Below are positions 1 through 9,481 of a stretch of DNA of 64,000 nt, one piece after another; within the stretch, counting starts at the first letter, position 1, and each line of letters starts with the position of its first letter. The translations under genes and the position numbers were made by a program. The notes below the pieces were generated by a model. It saw nothing but the letters and a program-made list of their open reading frames with translations. It did not search any database and was not told the DNA's origin. The stretch lies in the IMG/VR virus record IMGVR_UViG_3300034044_000040, positions 1-64,000 of that record. One strand, 5' to 3'. The stretch is from a virus.

Positions 1-176
1 GGATAGAGCGGGTTTTCCTTTCGTTTTCACGCTCCATCCACCCCCCCTGCGCATCATAGACCCCCTCGTGGTGCGCAGGGATCATCCCCCCAGATATATG
101 ATCCCCTCCCCAGCCTGATCCAGCAATTGATCAGGTTGTGTTTGCAACCAGTTGCAATTTTTACTGTATTTTTCTC

Positions 177-204
177 TTGCAAATAATCGTGGTTGTGTTA
201 TGCT
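177..204 (+). promoter_or_regulatory. Early sigma70-like promoter, family copy 1
   Basis: TTGCAA-ataatcgtggttgtgt-TATGCT with an upstream T-tract; purine-rich leader and ATG at 235. Confidence 0.8.
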
Positions 205-234
205 GTAAAAGTCAGAAGAGAGAAAGGGACAAGC

Positions 235-621
235 ATGTCGAGATACGCATATATTGGTCGTCGCATACAGAACGGCAAACTACAGCACTGCTTCAAGGAA
301 AAGGGCGACGACGCACGCATCGTTTGGTGGCCGAAGGCCAAGGTTGCCAGATTTCGTGGGGCCTTGATAGGGTTCATCTACGAAATCGGAGAGAGCCTGC
401 CCGACAGATGGGCAGATGCCGAGGTAGGCACGGTGGCTGAGGGCCGCAGATTGCGCTGGCAGACCGAGGATATGGCTGCGAACATGCACGCCAAGGAAAT
501 CAAACGCAGCGTTACCCCGGACCTTGACCGGTATGTGGACGCATTGCGGGATGCCCGTAAAATGGTGCCACGCAGTCAGCAGGCGGCGTTCGACGCATGG
601 CTGCTCAACAAGATCAGATAG
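235..621 (+). CDS. hypothetical early protein
   Basis: ATG 235 after AAGGGA RBS, directly downstream of the promoter. Confidence 0.7.
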   Translation: MSRYAYIGRRIQNGKLQHCFKEKGDDARIVWWPKAKVARFRGALIGFIYEIGESLPDRWADAEVGTVAEGRRLRWQTEDMAANMHAKEIKRSVTPDLDRYVDALRDARKMVPRSQQAAFDAWLLNKIR

Positions 622-628
622 GGAGGAC

Positions 629-985
629 ATGAACGTGACAGCATATATCACGGTGATCTCGGCGGAAGGGGGCGGGATCACCACCACCGAGGTGCCCGGC
701 GCGGAGAACATACTCCCCATTTTGCAGGAGGCGGTTGGCGGTTTCATAGAAATCGTGCCCTTCTGGGATCAGTGGACCCACGAGGGAAACACGGTGCCTT
801 GCATCGTCTATTGCAACGAAGAGGGCAAGATCAGGAAGCTCCCCGTGAACGAGGAGGCCACCAAACAATGGGCACACGCGGTGAAGGCCACCTTGCCTGA
901 CATGATCGGCAGGGTGCTGCCCGACATACTGGTGGGGGATGTCGTGATCTGCCACGGTGATGAAACCTTCATGAGGGAAATGTGA
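629..985 (+). CDS. DUF3846-like protein
   Basis: LQEAVGGFIE...YCNEEGK...LPVNEEAT...DILVGDVVI motifs; GGGAGG RBS. Confidence 0.7.
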   Translation: MNVTAYITVISAEGGGITTTEVPGAENILPILQEAVGGFIEIVPFWDQWTHEGNTVPCIVYCNEEGKIRKLPVNEEATKQWAHAVKATLPDMIGRVLPDILVGDVVICHGDETFMREM

Positions 986-1347
986 TGACCAAAACATCTA
1001 CAAAACAAGAGATATCAGACGATCTGGACGCGGTGATGAACAATCACTTCACCGGTCTATACCTCAATCTCAACAAGGTGGGGGATACCCTGTTCGATTG
1101 GATGAATTTCATGCACAAGCCCCACTTCTGGCAGCTGCGCAAGAGGCGGATGTACCGGGAGGTTTACTGGCTTTTCGCAATGCACGGCCTGTGGCTGACA
1201 GACACGGATGCCGACAAATTCCTGATGACACGCGGGCAGCAACCTGATGAAGATTACGGGGGCAGCATCGTGCGCAGGTTGCGCGAGGTGTGGCAATACC
1301 AGATGGGCGTGCCGTTCAGTGTGTTCAATCCAAAGAAGGGGAAATAA
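985..1347 (+). CDS. hypothetical protein
   Basis: TGATG coupling with the upstream gene. Confidence 0.6.
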   Translation: MTKTSTKQEISDDLDAVMNNHFTGLYLNLNKVGDTLFDWMNFMHKPHFWQLRKRRMYREVYWLFAMHGLWLTDTDADKFLMTRGQQPDEDYGGSIVRRLREVWQYQMGVPFSVFNPKKGK

Positions 1348-1349
1348 CC

Positions 1350-2114
1350 ATGGCACACGGAAACGGGAAAACCTTCAGGGAAGTGGTGGCACAAGTCCCC
1401 ATGCCTCCCAAGATCGCGGCGCTGCCCAAGGACAAAAGAGGGCTGCCCATCCCATATATCGTGTATAACGACGAGCAGGGGCCGCAGTTCATCGTCAACG
1501 ATATGGAGAAGGTGATGAACGGATGCTTCGCGAAAGGGCTGTGCTCTGTGACCGGCACCAAGCTCGATCCGGATGATACATGGCTGATCGGGGGGTTCGG
1601 GTCCGCCTTTGATCCGCGCGGGCTGTATAATGACCCGCCGGTGTGCGGAGCAGCTGTACGATATGCCATGCGGGTGTGTCCCTATCTCGCAATGCCTCAG
1701 TACGCGAAGATGAAGGCCAAGGCGAAGGCAGACCTGATGGAGAAGTATATCGCATTCGATCCCACCATGGATGCCAATAAACCAGAGGCGTTCGCGGTGA
1801 CCCGGATCACGGGATACGTCGTGCTGGCGTTCAAGCGCCGGAAGGAAGACTACCCGGAGGGTACAGACCCGCGCATCTTGGAAACCCCTGAATACAAAAT
1901 TTGCCCGAACCGCCCGGCAAAAGAAATCCAAGTGTGGCAGGGAGGCACCATGATCAGAAGTGAAACTGATCCGGAGCGTATTGCAGGATTTTACATTCAG
2001 GGTATACACGAGGCGATACGCGAAGGCTATGGCACGGATCAGTACGCCAGTTTTCAGCGCAAATCCCTGTCCAATGCGTTTGAGGGCAGATGGCCATGGA
2101 AGGATGGGAAGTGA
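1350..2114 (+). CDS. conserved phage hypothetical protein (RGLPIPY...LCxxxG...DPP...CPYL family)
   Basis: AAGGGG RBS, ATG 1350; Cys/Pro motif pattern I recall from phage and actinobacterial proteins. Confidence 0.65.
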   Translation: MAHGNGKTFREVVAQVPMPPKIAALPKDKRGLPIPYIVYNDEQGPQFIVNDMEKVMNGCFAKGLCSVTGTKLDPDDTWLIGGFGSAFDPRGLYNDPPVCGAAVRYAMRVCPYLAMPQYAKMKAKAKADLMEKYIAFDPTMDANKPEAFAVTRITGYVVLAFKRRKEDYPEGTDPRILETPEYKICPNRPAKEIQVWQGGTMIRSETDPERIAGFYIQGIHEAIREGYGTDQYASFQRKSLSNAFEGRWPWKDGK

Positions 2115-2182
2115 GGCTGGACCATGCAACCCACGGGGGGTATACAGATGTGGAGGCTACACGAGCAGAAAGGTCGCCCCCC

Positions 2183-2557
2183 ATGTCAGACACACCCACC
2201 TTCACCGTCATCGACAACCCCATTGCGGATTATCGGCTGCGCGCGTGCGGATATACCATCGAACCTGTCGGCATCCGGGCCGCGCTGTGCCTGATGCGCA
2301 AGAAGCATCCCGATGGGTTCACCCGCAAGCATCTGGCAGAAATCCTGTACATGACGGGCATTCCGAAAACGAAACCACGCGGCACCTACGTGTCATCGAA
2401 GGACGGATCGAAGCGGGCGTATCCCGACAACCCGGCCATGACCATCGCGGGCAGGATCATCGAACGAATGAAGGACCGTGGCATCTTGCGGTTCTCTGGG
2501 GGCCGGTGGTATTTCAGTGATCAACAAATAGGTGCAAAACCCAGCAAATACCTGTAA
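2183..2557 (+). CDS. hypothetical basic protein, possibly winged helix
   Basis: AAAGG RBS; FTRKHLAEIL...IIERMKDRGILRFSGGRWY. Confidence 0.55.
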   Translation: MSDTPTFTVIDNPIADYRLRACGYTIEPVGIRAALCLMRKKHPDGFTRKHLAEILYMTGIPKTKPRGTYVSSKDGSKRAYPDNPAMTIAGRIIERMKDRGILRFSGGRWYFSDQQIGAKPSKYL

Positions 2558-2620
2558 GATACCAGTTAACAAACCGACGCTCTGCACAGTCGTGCAACCC
2601 GTTGCAACCAGTTGCAAATC

Positions 2621-2986
2621 ATGCAACCCACAAATGAAGGATATCAAGTGACCTTACAATTCATCATCGTTCTCATCTACTACCTCGCGCTGATCTGGCC
2701 AATGCGGGTGTTCTGGTCATCCACCATGGATGTATGGCTGGAGGCCACGGAGGGATATTACCCAAGGCACCGTGTCAGGATCATGAAATCCGCCAACATG
2801 CTGAACATCCTTGCGGCGGTGTGGCCCATCACCATATGGATCGTGTTTGCCCACATCATTTGGATTTTGCTGCACGCAGTGTCCCAAGACGAATATGATC
2901 AGACCATGGTAAAGCTGGATGACGCTTTCGATGACCTCGGCGAGTGGGCTGAGAATTCCCCTGACGAAGACCCTGACAAAACCTAA
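2621..2986 (+). CDS. membrane protein (2 TM)
   Basis: Two hydrophobic stretches and an acidic tail; start uncertain (2621 or GTG 2648). Confidence 0.55.
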   Translation: MQPTNEGYQVTLQFIIVLIYYLALIWPMRVFWSSTMDVWLEATEGYYPRHRVRIMKSANMLNILAAVWPITIWIVFAHIIWILLHAVSQDEYDQTMVKLDDAFDDLGEWAENSPDEDPDKT

Positions 2987-3005
2987 ATATTTTCTCACTT
3001 TTTTC

Positions 3006-3033
3006 TTGCATACAATCGTGGTTGTGCTATTCT
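3006..3033 (+). promoter_or_regulatory. Early promoter, family copy 2
   Basis: TTGCAT-acaatcgtggttgtgc-TATTCT. Confidence 0.8.
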
Positions 3034-3080
3034 GAATATACAATCACAAGTAGTGAAAGAGAACCGGAGAGGATAAGACC

Positions 3081-3281
3081 ATGACCACAGTTGATTTACT
3101 CGTCACGACGGCAATCGCAGTGACCGTGGGCCTTACCTCTGTATCCCTCGTGGAGCGCGGCGTTCGCAGTCTGGCTGAGGGCATCGTACCTGTGAACATG
3201 CAGATCGGTGGCCAAGGTGCTGATCCAGCGGATTTCAGCGCGAAATGGGAAAAAGTAGAACCAGAGGCAGTATCCCAGTGA
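3081..3281 (+). CDS. small protein with hydrophobic N-terminal helix
   Basis: GGAGAGG RBS; first gene after promoter copy 2. Confidence 0.6.
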   Translation: MTTVDLLVTTAIAVTVGLTSVSLVERGVRSLAEGIVPVNMQIGGQGADPADFSAKWEKVEPEAVSQ

Positions 3282-3343
3282 TACCCGCCTCTGGAGACAG
3301 AAACAACGGCTGACTTCACAGCCAAGCGATGGGGGCATCGAAA

Positions 3344-4150
3344 ATGAAAAACGAAACACAAGGCGCAACACCCGCGCCACAATATCCGAACGTCATCACG
3401 GGGCCGGAGGATATACCGGATCACCTGAAGCACCACATCATGCGTGCACACGGCATCACGTATTTCCATCATCCGATGATGGTCACCATTCTGCCCACTC
3501 TTACCCCGGAGCCACTGGAGCAGACGCTGGCGCGGAGAGCCGATATGGCTGCCGCCTACCTCCAGAAGGGGAACGTCTCAGCATACCTGACCATGACGTC
3601 GCGGGCATACCGCATGGACGCGCTGTCATCCTTGGTCGGGGATGGATATTTTGACCCTGAGAAGGTGGAAGACCGCATCGCTTACTGGGAGCACGCACGT
3701 GCGGTATGGGTGGACGCGGAGCAGCCGGAAGATGATGAGAGGTGGACCCGCCTCATGACCGACATGCCGGAGCCGTGGCGTATGACCTCGGACGAAGATC
3801 GGCGTGACATGCGGGCGTTTCCCTACATGGTTCCTGTTTACAAGGGAATGCGTGTCCCGCACTCGGCGACGGACGAGGAGATATACGCGATGTCTGAGGT
3901 CGGGTGGTCGTGGACCATCAGCAAATCGGTCGCGCATTATTTCGGGTGCCGGTTCGAGAGTGATAGCACTCGTGGTATCGTGGTACGTGCGGGCGCTCCG
4001 AGAGACGACATCACCGCCTATGTGACGGATCGGGGTGAGGAGGAAGTGCTGATCCGCCCCGGTACGGTTCGGGCGACCTCGTGGAAGCACACCAGTCTGG
4101 CGTATATCCATCGTGTGCCTAACACAGAAAACAACGCTGACGTGTCTTGA
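3344..4150 (+). CDS. putative ADP-ribosyltransferase-fold protein
   Basis: VYKG...GWSWT...A..F...RGEEEVLI resembles the R-S-ExE triad. Confidence 0.5.
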   Translation: MKNETQGATPAPQYPNVITGPEDIPDHLKHHIMRAHGITYFHHPMMVTILPTLTPEPLEQTLARRADMAAAYLQKGNVSAYLTMTSRAYRMDALSSLVGDGYFDPEKVEDRIAYWEHARAVWVDAEQPEDDERWTRLMTDMPEPWRMTSDEDRRDMRAFPYMVPVYKGMRVPHSATDEEIYAMSEVGWSWTISKSVAHYFGCRFESDSTRGIVVRAGAPRDDITAYVTDRGEEEVLIRPGTVRATSWKHTSLAYIHRVPNTENNADVS

Positions 4151-4245
4151 GGGGTTGCTTTTCTTTAGCATTTCGTTATGCACCTAAAGACATAGTAAAC
4201 ATACATCGCGAGCATCGCGGGATAGTTAAGAGGGAAGGACCACAC

Positions 4246-4686
4246 ATGAAAATGAAAATTCGATTTGCCCCCAAGAATGAGGGGGTATCCGCTCCAGCCT
4301 ACCAGACAGCAGACGCCGCTGGGTTCGATCTGCCTGCGGACATCACCAAGCCGCTGACGATCAAGCCGGGGAGACACGCACTCATCCCCACCGGTATCTA
4401 CGCTGCGGTGCCACCCTGTTTCGAGCTTCAGGTGCGACCGCGCTCAGGGCTGGCACTGAAGCACATGATCAGCGTCACGAATTCACCGGGAACCGTGGAT
4501 GCTGATTACCGTGGAGAGATAGCAGTGATGCTGATCAACTTCGGTGCGTCAGAATATACCGTGTACCGCAATGATCGCATCGCACAGGCCGTCATTTCCC
4601 CGGTCGCACAGCCGGAATTTGAATTCGTTGACACACTCGATGAGACAGATCGGGGTGCTGGCGGATATGGATCAACTGGTAGGTGA
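4246..4686 (+). CDS. dut: trimeric dUTPase
   Basis: AAGFDL, RPRSGLA, NSPGTVDADYRGEI, DRIAQ, RGAGGYGSTG motifs. Confidence 0.97.
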   Translation: MKMKIRFAPKNEGVSAPAYQTADAAGFDLPADITKPLTIKPGRHALIPTGIYAAVPPCFELQVRPRSGLALKHMISVTNSPGTVDADYRGEIAVMLINFGASEYTVYRNDRIAQAVISPVAQPEFEFVDTLDETDRGAGGYGSTGR

Positions 4687-4696
4687 GGGCAGGCAC

Positions 4697-4945
4697 ATGA
4701 CAGGCGCAGACCTATGGATACCGATGAGCAGTTTCGTGGCATCCCATATTCTCTTTGGACTATACTTTTTCCGCACGATCATGATCCCCAACCTTATCGA
4801 ATTGGCATACGCCGGGGATCAGGTGTGCATCGAAGTGTTGGCGGCGATACACGCGAGCATCAGGACGTATTTCGTGGTCTTGCTGGTATTCGTCCCATTA
4901 TGGCCCGTGCTGATGCTGCACGCTTATATCAGGGCCAACAGGTGA
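4697..4945 (+). CDS. small membrane protein
   Basis: Two hydrophobic segments; ATG 11 nt after the dut stop. Confidence 0.5.
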   Translation: MTGADLWIPMSSFVASHILFGLYFFRTIMIPNLIELAYAGDQVCIEVLAAIHASIRTYFVVLLVFVPLWPVLMLHAYIRANR

Positions 4946-5042
4946 CACCACTCACGGTGGGGGGATGGCCACGGCTGTCCCCCATTTCACACGATCAACG
5001 ACACATGTAGATTTGCAACGGGGTGCAATTAAGGTGAGAAAT

Positions 5043-5828
5043 ATGGATTGGCAGGGGGATCACACCATTTCAGATGTTGTTTCTGGCGGTAAAACGCACA
5101 AGAATATGATAGGGCTGGTCAGACACGTTGACGGATATCTGATAGGCACGATTGATCCTATCAAATTTACCGGAGGGCTGGTCAGGATACCGAACCGTGC
5201 GGCCCTGAACAACCTCGCACGCGACCCCTCAGCAACCCAAGTGATGCGCGAGCATCCGCTCGTGGAAGAACAGGGAATTTTCCTTGCATATCCTGTGCAA
5301 ACGATTGTGACGACCGAACAGATCACGTCCTACGATCACGACGGCAGGTCGATCCAGATACCGGTCCATGAGGTGGAGGCCATTTCGAACCTCGACCGCA
5401 ATTCTGTCGCGGTTAGGCACACGTATATGGTGCTTGAGGTGCAGGATATAGAATATGCCACCTTGCTTCCGGGGTTCCGCTATATGAGCAACTTCAGCGA
5501 GATAATCAGGGAGTGGGCGAAGAAGCCAAATGATGCGGAGCGCCAGATACAAAGTCTCAGGCAATCGCTCAGAGAACAGGAGGCGGATTTATATCAGATA
5601 ACAGCGGAAAAGGCGGCTGCCGAGCGCCTCGCCGAAAGCCTTGAGGCGGACAAAGCGTTGCTCGTGGCCGTCCTCAACTGCATCGCGGACAAGGCACCGC
5701 TGGGGACGATATCCAATACGGTTCGTGAGGTATTGATCTCACGTTCCCTGCTGAAAGAAGATAAGCTGCCGGAGGTCACCCTCGAAAATATACCTCAACA
5801 TCGCGCACGAAAATTAGACCTATCATAG
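5043..5828 (+). CDS. hypothetical protein with coiled coil
   Basis: AAGGTG RBS; heptad-rich C-terminal half; ends RARKLDLS. Confidence 0.65.
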   Translation: MDWQGDHTISDVVSGGKTHKNMIGLVRHVDGYLIGTIDPIKFTGGLVRIPNRAALNNLARDPSATQVMREHPLVEEQGIFLAYPVQTIVTTEQITSYDHDGRSIQIPVHEVEAISNLDRNSVAVRHTYMVLEVQDIEYATLLPGFRYMSNFSEIIREWAKKPNDAERQIQSLRQSLREQEADLYQITAEKAAAERLAESLEADKALLVAVLNCIADKAPLGTISNTVREVLISRSLLKEDKLPEVTLENIPQHRARKLDLS

Positions 5829-5837
5829 GAGAACAAC

Positions 5838-6644
5838 ATGGTCACTATCGTAACACCCTCGGTTCATGTCATCGGGGAGACCCGGCTCGTAGGCGAGGGG
5901 TTGAAATCAGCCCTATCGGTATTGGGGGCAAAGGGCTGGAAGACGGACGCCAGTTCGGATGCAGAAACGCTGACAGAATTCGGAGGCAGGCTCTGTTACA
6001 TGAGCTTCAATGACAAGCTCAATCCAAATGTGACGCGCACCCGGAAGGGTAACATCCCTTATATCGGCAACATCCTGCGATCAAAACATGGTTCTGTGCT
6101 GGAGCACGGGGTGGTCAACTTTGCCTTATTGAATGTGACCCCGGTTCTCACACATGAGCTTGTGCGGCACCGGGCGGGCACGGCGTTCAGCCAGCTGTCT
6201 GGGAGGTTCGTGCGGATAGACGACGTGCATTTCATGTACCCTGACATGCTCGACGAAGAGATCAACCCGGCCATCACGGCACGGCAAGCGGCGCGCATTC
6301 AAGAGCGGGGATTGAACCTGCTGGAATACATGGAGGAGTTCCAGAAATTTGTCGCTGAGGAGTTATCTCTCGACACCATGTCGGACTTCGCCATGAAGAA
6401 GAAGATCACGTCAGCCATGCGCCGCTTTGCCCCCTACGGCATCCGGACGCATATCATGTTTTCAGCGAACCACCGCGCCTTGCGCCACATCATTGACGTG
6501 CGCAATTCGGTCCATGCAGAGGAAGAACCAGACAAGGTGTTCCACGAAATCGGGAAAGAAATGAAGGCCCGCTATCCGGCGCTGTATCAGGATATGATAC
6601 TGGACGGCTCGGGACGCTGGACATTCATGCATCAGAAAGTGTAA
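5838..6644 (+). CDS. thyX: FAD-dependent thymidylate synthase
   Basis: HGSVLEH and THELVRHR...FSQLSGRF motifs. Confidence 0.95.
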   Translation: MVTIVTPSVHVIGETRLVGEGLKSALSVLGAKGWKTDASSDAETLTEFGGRLCYMSFNDKLNPNVTRTRKGNIPYIGNILRSKHGSVLEHGVVNFALLNVTPVLTHELVRHRAGTAFSQLSGRFVRIDDVHFMYPDMLDEEINPAITARQAARIQERGLNLLEYMEEFQKFVAEELSLDTMSDFAMKKKITSAMRRFAPYGIRTHIMFSANHRALRHIIDVRNSVHAEEEPDKVFHEIGKEMKARYPALYQDMILDGSGRWTFMHQKV

Positions 6645-6671
6645 GATACACGTGTGGCATCGGAGAACAAC

Positions 6672-7250
6672 ATGCTGACCATCCTGTTTATTTTTGTGGA
6701 ACTCACATTGCTATCACTTCTGACGTGGTTTGTGGTGTCCACATATGCGCTGACTTTTCATGGAGGCATGGCCCCGTGGTTATTCAAGACTTTATACGCA
6801 CGCATCGCAGCCACCCGCGAGCCGGACGTGATCATCACGGACGCAAATCCAGATACTGAAGACGGGGTGCATATACGCAGGTGGTTCGTGATCCCGAGGA
6901 ACCGGTTCCTGAACATCTATCTGCACAATATCAGAGGGGATGATCATTCTGCACCACATGACCACCCATGGTGGAGCATATCCTATATGCTGAAAGGCTA
7001 CCTGTGTGAGCACACACCTGATGGCAGCAAGAAGTGGATAACTGAGGGCCAGATCAGGATACGCAGCCCGAAATATGCGCACAGGCTGACGACCAACTCT
7101 AGGCTGCACATAGACCGGCCCGCGTGGACCATCTTCATCACCGGCCCTGTCGTGCGACCGTGGGGCTTTCACTGTCCGCAAGGATGGGTTCATCGGGACG
7201 AGTATATCAGCCGCCGGGATCGTGGCGAGAATGGGTGCGGTGAGGAATGA
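6672..7250 (+). CDS. cupin-fold protein with N-terminal TM helix
   Basis: IYLH...PHDHPW...EH...AHRL...WTIFITGP...WGF. Confidence 0.6.
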   Translation: MLTILFIFVELTLLSLLTWFVVSTYALTFHGGMAPWLFKTLYARIAATREPDVIITDANPDTEDGVHIRRWFVIPRNRFLNIYLHNIRGDDHSAPHDHPWWSISYMLKGYLCEHTPDGSKKWITEGQIRIRSPKYAHRLTTNSRLHIDRPAWTIFITGPVVRPWGFHCPQGWVHRDEYISRRDRGENGCGEE

Positions 7251-7666
7251 ATATGCAATGCACACCGAAGAAGCACACGAACGGTCAGCTTGCGTCGGCA
7301 GCCAAGCAGATCAACCCCGCCTATGTGGAATTCCTCGAAGAAGAAAATCGCACGCTGAAAGCGATCCTGTCCGGGTCTGACGAAGAGATAATCCTACCAC
7401 CCGGAGTGCATTTGACTGCGCGCCAGCTGCAAGTGATATCAACCATAGTGGCCCGCAAGGGGGACGTGGCATCGAAGGCAATGATACACCAAGCCCTCTA
7501 TTCTGACAGGCCGGACGGTGGCCCTACCCTTCTGGTCATCGACGTGTTGATATCCCAGATCAGGAAGCGGGTGGCGGGTGCTTTCGATATCGAAACACTG
7601 CACGGGCGGGGATACCGGATAAGCAGGGACGACATCGCAAAACTGGCAGGAGAACTCCCATGGTGA
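7247..7666 (+). CDS. OmpR/PhoB-type (CtrA-like) winged-helix protein without receiver domain
   Basis: HLTARQ...RKG...LY...VIDVLISQIRKR...IETLHGRGYRI. Confidence 0.85.
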   Translation: MNMQCTPKKHTNGQLASAAKQINPAYVEFLEEENRTLKAILSGSDEEIILPPGVHLTARQLQVISTIVARKGDVASKAMIHQALYSDRPDGGPTLLVIDVLISQIRKRVAGAFDIETLHGRGYRISRDDIAKLAGELPW

Positions 7667-7782
7667 AGCATCCATTTACCACGACGACCCGGTGTATCAT
7701 TGCTATCAACGCGGCGCGCTTCATAAGTGGGACCGTATGGGTGGGCATCCTCATCATCGGGGTCACCTACGCGGGTGGGTGA
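7660..7782 (+). CDS. 40-aa membrane peptide (not in the ORF track)
   Basis: AGGAG RBS, ATG 7660, MVKHPF...GTVWVGILIIGVTYAGG, TGA 7780-7782. Confidence 0.45.
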   Translation: MVKHPFTTTTRCIIAINAARFISGTVWVGILIIGVTYAGG

Positions 7783-7862
7783 CACGCCGAGCGGCGCTCA
7801 CGCAGGGGCATAACTGAGGTCATCATGACGAGACACACAAGACACAAGAGAAGGAACACACT

Positions 7863-8174
7863 ATGACGAAGAAGAAAGAGAAGCGGACGCGGCCATGGCC
7901 CTCGCCTGATCCGGTGACAGCTGAAGATCAATCGGCCATACAGCCTGAGACCGCGAAATCAGAGGGCACCAAGGTTCCAGAAGACACGAGCCATCCTGTG
8001 CAACCCGTTGCAAACGGGCCGTTCAAGGCACCTTTCGAAGCCTACGGGGTCACCGTGAAGGATGCTGACGGTCGGACTGTTTGCCTGTGCGCGACATCCG
8101 CCCCTTGGAATACCAGAACGAAGGCGGCGGGCTGGATCGCGGATGCACTGAACACAGCGTCATCACCGTCCTGA
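7863..8174 (+). CDS. hypothetical protein
   Basis: AAGGA RBS; followed by a terminator. Confidence 0.6.
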   Translation: MTKKKEKRTRPWPSPDPVTAEDQSAIQPETAKSEGTKVPEDTSHPVQPVANGPFKAPFEAYGVTVKDADGRTVCLCATSAPWNTRTKAAGWIADALNTASSPS

Positions 8175-8205
8175 CATGACACCACGACCATGCTCCAGAA
8201 GCATG

Positions 8206-8253
8206 AGGCAAGCGCACGTCCCTAACCAGTGGGCACGGCGCTTGCCTTTTTTT
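8206..8253 (+). terminator. rho-independent terminator
   Basis: AGGCAAGCG...CGCTTGCCT stem followed by a T-run. Confidence 0.65.
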
Positions 8254-8287
8254 ACCAAAGGCAGCATAATCCTTGCCATGATAATCC

Positions 8288-8322
8288 TTGACATGTGCAA
8301 ACAATTGTGGTAGTGGTATAGA
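8288..8322 (+). promoter_or_regulatory. Early promoter, family copy 3 (divergent)
   Basis: GTGCAA-acaattgtggtagtgg-TATAGA, with TTGACA at 8288. Confidence 0.6.
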
Positions 8323-8357
8323 TAGGTAAATATACATGCAGGGGAAGGGACACACCC

Positions 8358-8777
8358 ATGACAACCACAGCCACACCTTCGATGTTGAATATCCGCACGC
8401 GCACGCCGCGCGGCGCAGACGCACAAATATCAACAGAGGCAGCGCATCGCCTCACAATGTATGGAAAGCCCGTGCTCAGCGCGGATGCTCCCCGCACGCC
8501 GTCACGATCAGGAGATTACGATCTCTATTACGTGCGCGACGATATCACCCCTGCTGTCAGGCACCGGGCCGGTCGCGTATGCGCTCACATGATTGACGGG
8601 AAGAAGGTGTATCGCGCACATTCACTTTCACCTGTGAGCACCTCAGCATCCCCGGTGTGGAAACTGCTGGGGGAATACAAGACGTGCACCGAGGCGCATT
8701 TTGCCTTGGTCGAGGCCCACAGGAAAATTATCACCAAGCTCAGCAAAAAACGGGGCAAGAGGAAATCCAGCAAGTAA
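8358..8777 (+). CDS. hypothetical basic protein
   Basis: AAGGGA RBS; N-terminal IRTRTPR. Confidence 0.65.
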   Translation: MTTTATPSMLNIRTRTPRGADAQISTEAAHRLTMYGKPVLSADAPRTPSRSGDYDLYYVRDDITPAVRHRAGRVCAHMIDGKKVYRAHSLSPVSTSASPVWKLLGEYKTCTEAHFALVEAHRKIITKLSKKRGKRKSSK

Positions 8778-9020
8778 TTTGTGATAGTCCCGTGCAACGG
8801 GTTGCAAATTCATGGTGGTACACCCTTCAGAACCGGGGCAGACGGGCACATGTGGCGGTAAAATAAATAGTGACAACCCCTTTAGATTTTGTTAAGTATA
8901 TCCTACACACTGCCACGCGAGGGGGCTGACAAACTTGTTTGTGACATCAACCGGGTGGACCAGTAAATGACCTGCTCAAAAGCAGGCTGACGGGGGACCA
9001 CTGACACACGATGGGAGACA

Positions 9021-9479
9021 ATGATGAAATCTGCAACCATATCCATGGCCGATCTTCACGGCATGTACGGGGACTTCGCACCAGACATGCAAGAGGAGAA
9101 AAAGATCAGGGCGGACCTGCGCGACCGGGCAGCCTATGTGTATGTCACGGGGCAATTCCCGAGCCACCTGCGCCGCAAGTACACCGGTATGCTCCGGGCG
9201 TTGACGCATTATTTCAAAAAGCCTGTCAGCTTGGACGGGCGAACCGGGCACCTGAAGCTGGATGACGAGGTGATCCGCGATCTTGCACTCGACAGCCACC
9301 CGATGGTGCGCAAGGTGCGGGAAAAGATCGCCGCCGGATATTTCATCCAGCCCTCACTTGGGTTGGGCACTCGCAGGAATTTCTGGAAGATATTCATGTT
9401 CAAGCTAAACGCGGACAACATCCCCTTCGGGCACATTATCGTGCAAGGGGATGGCTCCATAAAGGATGGCTGGTACTGA
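9021..9479 (+). CDS. hypothetical protein
   Basis: GGGAG RBS; 152-aa ORF. Confidence 0.65.
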   Translation: MMKSATISMADLHGMYGDFAPDMQEEKKIRADLRDRAAYVYVTGQFPSHLRRKYTGMLRALTHYFKKPVSLDGRTGHLKLDDEVIRDLALDSHPMVRKVREKIAAGYFIQPSLGLGTRRNFWKIFMFKLNADNIPFGHIIVQGDGSIKDGWY

Positions 9480-9481
9480 TC

